A stretch of DNA of 64,000 nt from Paraspadella gotoi (Eukaryota > Animalia > Chaetognatha), in the NCBI GenBank assembly GCA_051294375.1, contig CM119265.1, forward strand, positions 24,282,356 to 24,346,355. Reading direction: 5' to 3'. The notes beneath the pieces are model-generated. The model ran no database searches. It was not told the origin of the DNA and saw nothing but the letters and a program-made list of their open reading frames with translations. The position numbers and the translations under genes were made by a program. Positions 52,441 through 64,000 of this stretch are shown piece by piece (the stretch's first letter is position 1; every line of letters begins with the position of its first letter).

Positions 52441-54191
52441 CTTTTTCTCTTTATTTTTTCTTTTATTGCTTGTACTATGTACTTCCTTCTCCTTAATATT
52501 TCCCTTTCTCCTCCTAATTTTTTTTCCTATTTACTCCTCTCCTACTGCTACTTCTTCTTCTCTTATTTTCGTTCTTCTTCTTCTTCTTCTTTATCTTCTT
52601 CTTTTTCTTCTTCTTCGGAATCGAAAAAAGGAAAATTGGTTCGATCAACCGACGCAAAGTCTTAGACGTTCAGATTTGGGGGTAGGAAGTGGGGGGAGGT
52701 AATGGGGGGAGGTAATGGTGGATGGAAGGGGGGAGGCAAGGGGGAAGGAAATGGGGGAAGGAAAGAGAGAAGAAAATGGAAGAAAGATGGAAATTTAAAA
52801 AGGTAGAGTGGGAGATCGAAAGGAGGATCGAAAATAGTGAGAAATGAGATTAAAAATGGAAATGGGATTAAAAAGAAGAAAGCGTTAATATAATATATAT
52901 ATATGCATATATATAAAAAAAAAACCAGTTCAATGGTTAACGACTTTTTTGTCCGATATATTTTCCGATTTGACATAAATTCTTTTTTTCCAGCGCAAAA
53001 TATTTAATATTTTCTCTCATTTCGCCAGGAAAATAATCAAGAGTTGAAAAACCTTGAAGAAAAAACGATTTACGTAGGCGAGTGACGACTGACGAAGACA
53101 AGTCGCGACTGGAGAAAGAGAAAGATAAGATAAAAGAAAAAGAAAAAGAAAAAGAAAAAGAAAAAGAAAAAGAAAAAGAAAAAGATAAACAGGAACCGAC
53201 GAGTTCATGGTTTTGCGTCGAAGTCATTTTCTGATTGTGAACGCATTATCAGATGATCACGTGACTGTTTAAGTGTGAAACATATTCACAACAGGCATGA
53301 TAATTTTATAATTATCAATTTTTTGGGTAAATTTTAAACAAAAAGAAAATAAAGTATTACACAAAATAAATCTCTTTAACTTTCTAATCACATGACTGTA
53401 TTTTTACCTCACCTCTCCGCAAAGTATTAATTAAAATAAGTCGGTGTTATTTCAATTATGGTTTTTTTTCAACTGATCACGTTACTGCATAAGTAAAAAT
53501 CACAAGGACATTGAGCATCTTTTTGAATAATGTATATATATATCACTTTAATGTTTATCATACTATAATAACTAAAACAAAGCAATGTTTCTCGTACTAA
53601 AACCATCGAAGTTCATTCGGGAGAAAAAAGATAAAATAAAAGAATGAAAACGGAAAGATAAAATCCGATAAAATCACGACTCCATTTCAATTTTCTAAAG
53701 TTTGAGATATGTCTTTATAACTTGTAAACAAATTTAAATCCGTAAAAGTTAAGATATAATTCCATTCATCAAGCGGAATAGTAAACGAATAAAAATCAAT
53801 AAGAAAATGGCCACTTTAGAATAAAAAAACTCCTTCCAGTTCGCAAAAAAATGGAATAAGAAAGCAAACAAAAAAAGAAAGAAATAAAAAGAAAGAAAGT
53901 TTGCAATCAATGTGGCGGCTAAAAGTCGCCCACACCGGAACTGCTGAGGATTCTTTTCCATTAACGATGACTCCAGATTCTCTCCTCATTTTCTTCTTCT
54001 TTTTTTTTTGTTTTACGAAAAAGAGAAAAAAAAAATTGTTTTTTTTAACTTTGTTTTTGTTTTCGTTTTTCATTTTCGTTTTGCTTTCTCATCTTTTCGG
54101 CGTCAATAATCCGGAAGAAAGCAATCTTTGAAAAAGAGACGAGAGAAAGAGAGAAAGAGAGAGAAAGGGAGATAGAAGAGAGAGTGAGAGG

Positions 54192-54238
<47 letters not shown>

Positions 54239-54687
54239 GATAAAAAGACGGAATGTTGCCTCTTGCGCCAGAAAAAATATCTCAAAATATCTCGAATAAA
54301 GAGTCGGGTCCGTAGAGGTATCTTTGCGACAACAGCACCGCTCCCAACATTCCCGGGTTTCGATTCCATCCAAAAATCCCCTGCGTAATCGTATAATTTT
54401 TTTTCGGCATTAATTTTTTATTGTTCTTTTTATTTATTTATAATTATATATTATTTTTTTACTAATCACTTAAATAAGAGAGATGTTTTCAAAACGGTTC
54501 TCTCTTGATGTACTTTCGTGGTGAAGTCGTAATGAAATCACAAATGATTTGCAAGTGATTCCACCTGATACTTGCGCCCTCTGTCTCTTCGTTCTTGATT
54601 AATTTAAAATTTTGTTTGAAACGAAAAATAACAGAGTGAGACGAAAAAGGTGGTCAGTTCACTCCTCTCTCCCTCTATCTCTCTCTC

Positions 54688-55264
54688 TGTGGCAGGACAT
54701 CAGAGGGCAGATTATCTGATATCTGAGCCGACAGTCATGACAACTGAGAGACTTAGTTCTAAGATATTAGACAGCTTGATAATATTTATCAGAGAGTTAT
54801 TATTGCAGGAAAGTAATCGTTATTTATCGAATGGATTGGCACCCTTGATTTGATTGGTAGAATTATTTAATTCGAGTTTAAAGTTTCTCCATAGAATAAT
54901 GTATTGACTTTACATTTAGAGATGTGAGATAAAAACAATGTCGAATTTAATATAAATTGTTTATATTTGATCAAGAGATTAAAACCAGTCTGAGTCAACC
55001 TCAGAAAACAATCATAAAGAAAGCAGTCAGGAAACAAAAGTAAATCACTCGAGACATCTTCTGGCGGATGATTTAAGTTGGCAATCGATAAACAAAAGTC
55101 TTCTTCGATTTAAAGTTATTTATCAGGATTTAGGAGCTTTGGATTTCAGGCCGTCTGGTCGGCTGCGATCGATGATCAACGCATCCCGGATCCTTGGGGC
55201 CCGGGTAGATACCCGGAGTGGAGAGATTAATTCCTAAATGAATTGATCTGCTGAGGTGGCCGCA
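54688..55264 (-). repeat. 3' LTR
   Basis: TGTGGCAGGACATC...GAGGTGGCCGCA; near-identical to 60528-61107. Confidence 0.95.
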
Positions 55265-55273
55265 CGCCCCCTT
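55265..55273 (-). promoter_or_regulatory. Polypurine tract
   Basis: Minus strand AAGGGGGCG immediately before the 3' LTR. Confidence 0.75.
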
Positions 55274-55489
55274 GTCGAAAATATATATGGGTAATACTTA
55301 ATAATATAATTCGATAATAACATATGTTGTCGTCACCGAATGATGAATGAATGTTTAAAAATACTAAATCATAAAATATATAATGGGTATATACAACATA
55401 AATAGATGGCAGACTGAACTTCTGACTTTCGAAATCTTCATATCTTCATCTTCAAATTTCCAAAAATTCAAAAATATAAAATTTTACAA

Positions 55490-58400
55490 AATACACAAAA
55501 TATTATACTATAAAGGATAACCATATGCGCTTGTCGCAGTGGCATCGGGGTTTTGTTGTTGTTATTTTCTTTTTGTTGACGTCGAAGCATTTCTTTTAGA
55601 ACGGGGGATCGCGTAAGATAGGGCGGTCGTTTGTTGTTGTTATTGTCTTCGTCGTCATTATTGTTGTTATTTTTCACTCTCTGCTTGTCTCTGTAGTTGT
55701 TCCTCCGTCTTGGTTTTTATTGAGAAGTTCTCCGTCGTCGATTTAGAGAATCTCACGTTGGCTCTTTTACCGCTTGCGTTTTTTGTTGTTGTTGGTCATT
55801 ATTTTCTTGGAGATCGAGATGGCGAGCGAGAAGGCCGGAGATAGGAGGCGAGGAGGGTTGGGGAGAGTGGGAGGATGTGTTTGGGGGTGAGAGAAGTGGG
55901 GGGGGGGGGGGTGGGGATGGGGGAGGAGGAGGAGGGCGCGCTCGTTGTGGCTGTCGATCTCGTGATTCGCGTCGTTGGCGATGGAAAACGAGTTCTTATC
56001 TGGCTGACGCCTGGGACGACGGCGTTGGCGTTCCACAGGTTCGTCGGCCTCAACAATTATCCTCACTAATCCAAGCAGCGTTTACTCTTGCGATGTTTAC
56101 GACCTCCGCGACCATACTTGGAATCTCAATTGTCATTATTTAATCCTTTTCTGTTGAGATACATATAAGGGCCTTCGTATGGAGGAGTGAAGAGGCGATT
56201 TATTCCTGCCCGGTATTAACGAAGACGAATTGAGCTGAGTCCAGGTTGGTCGGAATGTGGATCGGACGGCTGGTGATGTGCAGAGGTCGCGGTAGTTGAA
56301 GGCGAGCCACTTCGACGCGTAGACTCGCGAGTTGGTTTTCGACGATGGCGTTGGAGGTTGGGAGTCGTCGGTTTGGGCTTCCCGAGGATACTCCCGGGGA
56401 CGGTGATTCCTTCCCCGAAGACTAAGTCGGCGGCTGAGGCGCCGATATCCTCTTTGACGGTTGTACGAATCGGAGGAGCGTCCAGGTGGGAGTTTCCAAT
56501 ACCAATTCTCTTTTTCGTTTCGTGCCAACCGCCATAGAGACTCTTTCAAACGTCTATGAAACCGCTCAACCAATCGTTGGCTTTGCGGTGATATGCCGTT
56601 GTCATGGAGTGGCTTGATGCCCCCATTGGCTTGTCAACTGACGCCACAACGCCGAATTAATTGGGATACCTCGGTCAGTGGTTATTACGCCGTGTCCAAA
56701 ATTACTAATCAGTCGTGACTAAATGCCGTCGAGGATTGTTGTCGTCAGTGTATCCTTCAACGGGGGATCGCTGTTTGCCATCGAGAGAAGCGATCTACGA
56801 TAGTTAAGAGATGTTTGAATCGTTCGAATTTGGCATTTTTACTAGATCGAGATCAAATGCTGAAACCTGCGTGGCCGGAAATTTTAAATTCCCCATCTCT
56901 GGATAGTGTGCTTTTACCTTTGCCTTTGGCAGTCTGTGCACTCTATGGCCCATTCGTCACATCCTGCTTCATGCTAGGCATACAAATTTTGCAGAAATTG
57001 ATTTTCGAGTTGCTTCGATGCCTGGGTGGCCGAGGCCGTGCATTATGTCGAAAAACTTTCTACGCCAAGCTGAAGGAACGAAAGGGCGCTGCGGCCATTC
57101 GAAACGTCGACGAGAAGTTGTCGTTGCCCGATTTTTTATTTTTCGAAAGGCGAAGGCCGGATCGTGCATCCTCTGAGATTCTCTAAAATCTAATCGAGAT
57201 TTTGTTCGCGAGCTAATTGTTTCGGAAATCTATTTCAAAACGTCGTGGAGAGAGGCGAATCACAGCTTTTACATCCTCAAGGGCGATTCGGTTTCACTGC
57301 TTTTTCGTTTTGTTCGTCAAGTTGGGGTAGTTTGTTGTTGTTGTTGTTGTCGCTGACTTCGTTGTTATCGTTGTCGACGTTAGGTGCTACGATTTTTGCT
57401 GATGTTTGGTCGACGTTAACTGCTACGATTTTGGCGGCTGTTTCGTTGGCGTCTTTTTTCGACTGCTGCTGCTGCGACGAGGCGGCTGCGGCTGCTGACG
57501 ATGAGTTTGGACGCGATGAGGGCGTCAGCGACAACGTTTGCTTTCCCTTTTAAATACCTTATGTCCGTCGTGAATTCCGCAATGACGGACAATTGGTATG
57601 CTGGCGTGCTGTTTGAGGCTCTGACTTTTTCTTGAGCGCAGGGATTAAACTCTGATGATCAGTGTATATCGTGAAGTTTCTGCCTTCGACCCAGTGGCGG
57701 ATAATGACGTACACGCGCGAAGGCGCCGTAGAGTCACGGTCGCAAGGGAGGCCATAGTTTCTGATTTTTCCGCCAGCTTTGCCGAAAAAACACCCCACCT
57801 TCGGGCCGCGCTGCTCCAATCGGCTCTACGCGTGGTCTGACGCGTCTGTAGTGATACAGAGCTGAGCTCCGCTTCGAGGGTGGGTGGAGAAGGGCGGCTT
57901 GGATTAATCCCTCTTTTATCGACTCGAAGGCCGATCACACTCTATCAGTCCATTTTAAAGCCTTTGGCTTCCGCTTAAAGCTTCGTAGAGAGCGGCGCAC
58001 CTATGGGCGACCTTGGGCACGAATCGACGGTAGTAATTGATCATGCCAAGGAATCTTTGCAATTCCTTGACAGACGTGCGGCCTTGGTGGTTTCACGAAG
58101 CGTTTGAACCTCGTTCCGGGAAGAGTCTTGACTCCATTTCGATCGACGAGGAACCCAAGAAACTCGAGAGACTCTGGCCCAAGAGACATTCTCTTGGTGT
58201 TAACGACCAAGCCATTGATTCCAGAGTTTTGAAGACTCTCTCGAGGTCCTCGAGATGTTCCTCGGGGGACGATGAGGCGACGAGAATATCGTCCAGGTAT
58301 ACAAATGTATGTGGAAACGTCTCCCAGGATTTCATCCATTAGGGCGCTGAAAATCCTGGCCTGCGTTTTCGTTAAGCCCAAATGGGCAACAGTGGGAACA

Positions 58401-59260
58401 CATATAACCCAAAAGGGGTTATAACGGCAGTTTTTTTCACGTCATCTGGATTGACGGGTATTTGGTGGTAGCCTTGAGAGAATCGATTTCGAGAAAATCG
58501 TCTTCCCTTCGAGCTGCGCGTTAAAATCCGTAAAGTAATTGAAGGGATATCTATCATCGACCGTCTGGGCGTTCAAGCGTCGATAGTCCACAGCATCGCA
58601 TCCCCCGTCGGCTTAGCCACGACGTGGAGAGGCGATGACCACCTCCGACTTTCCGCGTTTAGCGATGCCAAGAAACCATTTTCTCCAGTTCTTTCTGGCG
58701 ACCCCTAACTTCTCTGGATCGAGGCGGCGGGGCGCGGGACTGGCACGGGCGTCCTCCGTGGAATGGAGTGGGTTACTCCGTGTTTTTGGTCCTTTAACTC
58801 GAACGTAGGGTGTCGATAATGATGGAAGGTCTCCGAGCAGTTTGTAGATTTTCCCCCTTTTCTATCTACAAAGCTAACGTGCAGTAGTGGATCTGTCGAT
58901 GTCGAGCTGCAATAGTTGAGTAGTCTTGCAGGTCCATATAGCAATCCATCTCGATGATTCGCCGCCAAAAAAAGTTCTCCGCCAAAGAGTCGGAACCCAG
59001 AATGTGCTGCGTGACGTCAGCCACGACAAATTGCGTATTTGGAATTGACGTTTTCCCAGAGTGACGATTTTGTTTGTTGTTCCATAACAACTTTATCGGG
59101 GATCATTGGCTGCCTGTAACTTCATTGAGGGTCGGGGCACTCTCACGTGTTTCTTAGTAGGAGGAATGATAGATAAAAGCGCGCCTCCGTCCACCAACCA
59201 CTTTACTCGGCTCTCAGAGTCCCCGTATATACAACAGAATCGTTTGATGTTGGTGAACGT
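55490..59260 (-). CDS. pol: pol polyprotein (protease, RT, RNase H, integrase), many frameshifts as assembled
   Basis: PR: WLVDGGALLSIIPP. RT: GYHQIPVNPDDVKKTAVITPFGLY and YLDDILVASSSPEEHLEDL. RH: VEGRNFTIYTDHQSL and YLKGKANVVADAL. IN: MHGLGHPGIEAT, VERFHRRLKESL and the GPY/F module PPYEGPY (~56165-56185). Confidence 0.92.
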
Positions 59261-59299
59261 GTTTGATGGGGACGCGTTCACGCCGGCGCCCCCCTCTGC

Positions 59300-60427
59300 C
59301 GTTTCCCTCTTGCTTCTTTTTCGTCTCGTCGAACTTTGCACAGCAGGTTCACACGACCATGCATCCTCTCGAACTTGATGTGCTTACTGCAGAGAGTCGT
59401 CAATTTCCCTTTCGATTTCCCTTTCGATGGATTCTGGTCGCGTTTTTTTCTCTGCTGTTTTTCTTCGAGAAGGCGCCCAGCGAATAGATGGCGTCGTCGT
59501 CGTTGTCGGATGAAGATTGGCGATTACGTTGATCGTTATCGACGCTGCTGACGAGAGAAGTGGTCTGACGGGTCTTCAGGTTGCCGTCATGTCAAAATGG
59601 TGGTCGGCCAGTCGACAAAGCTAGCTTGCTGAGATTATCGTCAGCCTTTATCTTCTAACTGGCGTCGTATTTCCGTTGGGAGCTCTTCTAATTTTTTCCT
59701 GCGGACTGTCGTCAAGAGTATGTTTTCGTTTGCTCTTCCAACTTGGCTAGCATCTTGGAGGGTTTTTGATTATCGGCGCGATGGCGTCGAGTAGATAAGC
59801 GGCTTGCTGGCCGCCTTGAGAAATCGTATTCCTTGCGTAAATTATTGTAAAAATTCGTTCCACGTTTGCTCAGTGGTTTCACCAAACAAATACTGGTTTA
59901 TTTTTGGATCGACGTTGACGTTGATCTTAGACTCCAAGTGTGCAAACTTAACTCCTTGGAGCCGTGATCCCTGCACGCGTGTAGGCGGTTCGACTCGCCT
60001 GATTCCAAATTTCGATATTCGTGACGTCGAAATTCAGGCAAGTCGGGTTTTTCTATTCGAAGCGCCTTTCGAGAGCGGCGTGCCGCCGCGGCAAGGGCGG
60101 CGCGTAGCCTCGTCGTTTTCTCCACGTAAAATCCCTGTCGACGGCGTCGCTCGCCGCATCTTGCGCGTTTTCGAGTTGGCGGCGTTTATTTGCTGAAAGT
60201 TCGAACGTTTGACCGTGTCGGGCGTAGATGGCGACGTGACCTCGATCGTCGGCCTCTACCGAAGCCGAAGGGGATATGAGCGTCGCTGCTACCCGCCCGC
60301 TGGTCGTCGACGTCGCGTGCGATGAGCGGAGGTCGGTAATGATCTCGAGCCGCTCATTGAAGTCGTAGGGACGTGGGGATATTGGGACCGATGGAAAAAG
60401 AGTTATGCGAATTGGATGCTCTCGCAT
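59300..60427 (-). CDS. gag: gag with CHCC zinc knuckle (frameshifted as assembled)
   Basis: Lies between the PBS and protease. ~59335-59392 reads C-SK-H-IKFGEDAWS-C-EPG-C (C-X2-H-X9-C-X3-C) after restoring two missing G bases. Confidence 0.8.
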
Positions 60428-60511
60428 AATTTTCCAAACTCATCCAGTCTTACCTAGAGAAAGTTGGACTTCTCCTGGGTCCCATTCGAAGGTTGGTTGC
60501 TAGAAATTCTT

Positions 60512-60525
60512 CGTCGAGGTCACCA
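60512..60525 (-). promoter_or_regulatory. Primer-binding site complementary to tRNA-Trp
   Basis: Minus strand TGGTGACCTCGACG, 2 nt downstream of the 5' LTR; matches the tRNA-Trp 3' end (...CGTCGRGGTCACCA). Confidence 0.85.
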
Positions 60526-60527
60526 AG

Positions 60528-61107
60528 TGTGGCAGGACATCAGAAGGGCAGATTAATCTGATATCTTGAGCCGACAGTCATGACAACTGAGAGACTCAGT
60601 TTCTAAGATATTAGACGAGCTTGATAATATTATCAGAGAGTTATTATTGCGAGGGAAAGTAAGTCGTTATTTATCGAATTGATTGGCACCGTTGATTATT
60701 GGTAGATTATTTAAATCGAGTTTAAAAGTTTCTCCATAGAATAAAATGTATGACTTTACATTAAGAGATGTGAGATAAAAACAATGGTCGAATTAATATA
60801 AATTGTTTTATATTTGATCAAGAGATTAAAACCAGTCTGAGTCAACCTCAGAAAACAATCATAAAGAAGCAGTCAAGAAACAAAAGTAAATCACTCGAGA
60901 CATCTTCTGGCGGATGATTAAGTTGGAATCGATAAACAAAAGTCTGTCTTCGATTTAAAGTATTTATCAGGATTTAGAGCTTTTGATTTCAGGCCGTCTG
61001 GTCGGCTGCGATCGATGATCAACGCATCCAGATCCTTGGCCCCCGGGTTCGATACCCGGAGTGAGAGATTAATTCCTAAATGAATTGATCTGCCTGAGGT
61101 GGCCGCA
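60528..61107 (-). repeat. 5' LTR
   Basis: Direct repeat of 54688-55264 with TG...CA termini. Confidence 0.95.
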
Positions 61108-64000
61108 TCTCTCTCCTCTCTCTCTGCTCTCTCCGGTCTCTCTCCTCTCTCTCTCCCCCCCTTTTTCCCTTTTTTACTTTTCCACAGCTTGATAGGCCCT
61201 ATTTGATTTAGGACGGGCTTAAAAAATTTGTTTGTAAACAATTTTTTTTCTCACAAAATTGCAGGCGCAAAAAAATTGTGTTGCGGGAATGAAATTCGCG
61301 ATTGAAAGCTGAGAAAAAAAATGAAATGAGAACAAGAAAGAATAGATGGGGGAGAAAATAAAGAAAAAAAAAGAAAAGAAAAAACCCAGAGAAAAAAAAA
61401 CTTGAACCAGTCTGGGGTCTATGGACACAAATAGAGAAAATTTTCCCTCCCTCTAGCTTTAGACTAGATTTTTTATCTGTTCTTTTTTCATATTTGCTTC
61501 TCGTCTCTNNNNNNNNNNNNNNNNNNNNNNNNNNNNNNNNNNNNNNNNNNNNNNNNNNNNNNNNNNNNNNNNNNNNNNNNNNNNNNNNNNNNNNNNNNNN
61601 NNNNNNNNNNNNNNNNNNTCTCTCTCTCTCTTTCTCATCCCCTGTGGTTAAAGTCTTTACCACATGAATATTTGCCTCCTTTTTCTCCATAGAAATCTTT
61701 TTTAAGAGAAGAAATAAAAACGCGTTTGTATTCCAAGTTTTCCTCGATCGCTTTTCCTTCTCTTTTACAAAAAACCCGGATGTAAAATGAAATAATATTT
61801 TTTTAAAACAAACGAAACGAATGCATTTTAGATCATCTTTAAATAACTTTGACATCGCATCGTCTGGATTCTGGAATCTTGTACAAATCAATTNNNNNNN
61901 NNNNNNNNNNNNNNNNNNNNNNNNNNNNNNNNNNNNNNNNNNNNNNNNNNNNNNNNNNNNNNNNNNNNNNNNNNNNNNNNNNNNNNNNNNNNNNNNNNNN
62001 NNNNNNNNNNNNNNNNNNNNNNNNNNNNNNNNNNNNNNNNNNNNNNNNNNNNNNNNNNNNNNNNNNNNNNNNNNNNNNNNNNNNNNNNNNNNNNNNNNNN
62101 NNNNNNNNNNNNNNNNNNNNNNNNNNNNNNNNNNNNNNNNNNNNNNNNNNNNNNNNNNNNNNNNNNNNNNNNNNNNNNNNNNNNNNNNNNNNNNNNNNNN
62201 NNNNNNNNNNNNNNNNNNNNNNNNNNNNNNNNNNNNNNNNNNNNNNNNNNNNNNNNNNNNNNNNNNNNNNNNNNNNNNNNNNNNNNNNNNNNNNNNNNNN
62301 NNNNNNNNNNNNNNNNNNNNNNNNNNNNNNNNNNNNNNNNNNNNNNNNNNNNNNNNNNNNNNNNNNNNNNNNNNNNNNNNNNNNNNNNNNNNNNNNNNNN
62401 NNNNNNNNNNNNNNNNNNNNNNNNNNNNNNNNNNNNNNNNNNNNNNNNNNNNNNNNNNNNNNNNNNNNNNNNNNNNNNNNNNNNNNNNNNNNNNNNNNNN
62501 NNNNNNNNNNNNNNNNNNNNNNNNNNNNNNNNNNNNNNNNNNNNNNNNNNNNNNNNNNNNNNNNNNNNNNNNNNNNNNNNNNNNNNNNNNNNNNNNNNNN
62601 NNNNNNNNNNNNNNNNNNNNNNNNNNNNNNNNNNNNNNNNNNNNNNNNNNNNNNNNNNNNNNNNNNNNNNNNNNNNNNNNNNNNNNNNNNNNNNNNNNNN
62701 NNNNNNNNNNNNNNNNNNNNNNNNNNNNNNNNNNNNNNNNNNNNNNNNNNNNNNNNNNNNNNNNNNNNNNNNNNNNNNNNNNNNNNNNNNNNNNNNNNNN
62801 NNNNNNNNNNNNNNNNNNNTTTTTTTCTTTCCTCCCTTTTCCTCCACGCATTATCTATGCAACTTTTTTTCTTTTCTCATCTCTTTCTTATTTTCTTCCC
62901 TAAACATTCGCTTCTCTTCTGTATTTTGTTCTATGTGAAACTCTGCTTAATAATCTCATACTTTTCCACTTTTATCACATCAATAGTAATAGTTTTACTT
63001 ATAATTATTTCTTCATTCTTTAATTCATCGCTTTTTCCTTCCTCTTCCCTCGCCCTCATCGGACCCGTTCATTAGTCGCTCGTTTTACGATGATATGATC
63101 CTTACCCTTTCCTTCTCACCCACTGCCGACAACCACGAATTCATCAATCCCTCCCACAACCACAATCCAGCTTTGCCTCACTCACTTGCCACGAACTTAA
63201 CCCACCATCGATTATCATGATTGTAACAATTGAATCGACGATATAAAATACAAAATCCTACGCCGATGATTATTTTTTTCAGAGTCGACTTTCTCTTNNN
63301 NNNNNNNNNNNNNNNNNNNNNNNNNNNNNNNNNNNNNNNNNNNNNNNNNNNNNNNNNNNNNNNNNNNNNNNNNNNNNNNNNNNNNNNNNNNNNNNNNNNN
63401 NNNNNNNNNNNNNNNNNNNNNNNNNNNNNNNNNNNNNNNNNNNNNNNNNNNNNNNNNNNNNNNNNNNNNNNNNNNNNNNNNNNNATAAGGCATTGTTAGA
63501 CAAAATTGAACTTTGGCTTTGTATATTAAATACTATATTAAATATTGTATATTATTTATCGTAAACCCTAATCCCATCCACCCAAGAAACAGCATCTTCA
63601 AACTTCGACACTCACGCCTCCATTCCACCCTTCCTTTTTCAAACGAGACGATTCACATCTTCACATCCTCTTCCCCCCNNNNNNNNNNNNNNNNNNNNNN
63701 NNNNNNNNNNNNNNNNNNNNNNNNNNNNNNNNNNNNNNNNNNNNNNNNNNNNNNNNNNNNNNNNNNNNNNNNNNNNNNNNNNNNNNNNNNNNNNNNNNNN
63801 NNNNNNNNNNNNNNNNNNNNNNNNNNNNNNNNNNNNNNNNNNNNNNNNNNNNNNNNNNNNNNNNNNNNNNNNNNNNNNNNNNNNNNNNNNNNNNNNNNNN
63901 NNNNNNNNNNNNNNGGAAGTTTATCACACACGAGGTTTGTTTACTCGACGTGACATGGCAAGGACCGAATGACAGAAGACTGGCGAAATGTGGAGACAGG

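Larger units (their letters stand above)
54688..61107 (-). mobile_element. Full-length Ty3/Gypsy LTR retrotransposon, CsRn1 clade
   Basis: Two ~580-bp direct LTRs with TG...CA ends, TCTC on both flanks, PBS and PPT. Domain order gag-PR-RT-RH-IN. The CHCC gag motif plus tRNA-Trp PBS are CsRn1 hallmarks. Confidence 0.95.

Noticed and set aside
55490-60427. Ancient decayed retroelement, or programmed frameshifting
   Set aside because: Frameshifts are numerous single-base indels while motifs and LTRs are well preserved, so sequencing error is more likely. An env ORF was also looked for and not seen.
92-63953. Most ORF-track entries (SLSLSL, ERERER, FFSF, HSFI, poly-X)
   Set aside because: They are translations of microsatellites or N gaps with no domain signal.

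Overview
Repeat-rich eukaryotic DNA, probably from an invertebrate animal, in a gap-filled draft assembly. It has many N gaps (four of exactly 25 N) and stretches with raw long-read indel noise. Bases 1-39 kb look like two divergent copies (most simply two haplotypes) of one ~20-kb locus, interleaved in opposite orientations. Aligning the copies by eye exposes six presence/absence insertions with empty sites: a ~190-bp TG..CA element, two elements with 7-8-bp TSDs, a 3.5-kb TIR element, a 2.4-kb insert and a 2.6-kb array of ~69-bp units. Clear coding content is a three-exon DMT/EamA-like membrane transporter (+, 39.4-42.1 kb), an immunoglobulin-domain exon (-, 48.7-48.9 kb), and a full-length Ty3/Gypsy LTR retrotransposon of the CsRn1 clade (-, 54688-61107; CHCC gag motif, tRNA-Trp PBS, PPT, TCTC flanks) inserted in a (TC)n microsatellite. 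I found no CRISPR array and no clearly new biological system. Most ORF-track entries are microsatellite or N-gap artefacts. All comparisons were made by eye, so coordinates not tied to a quoted motif are approximate.
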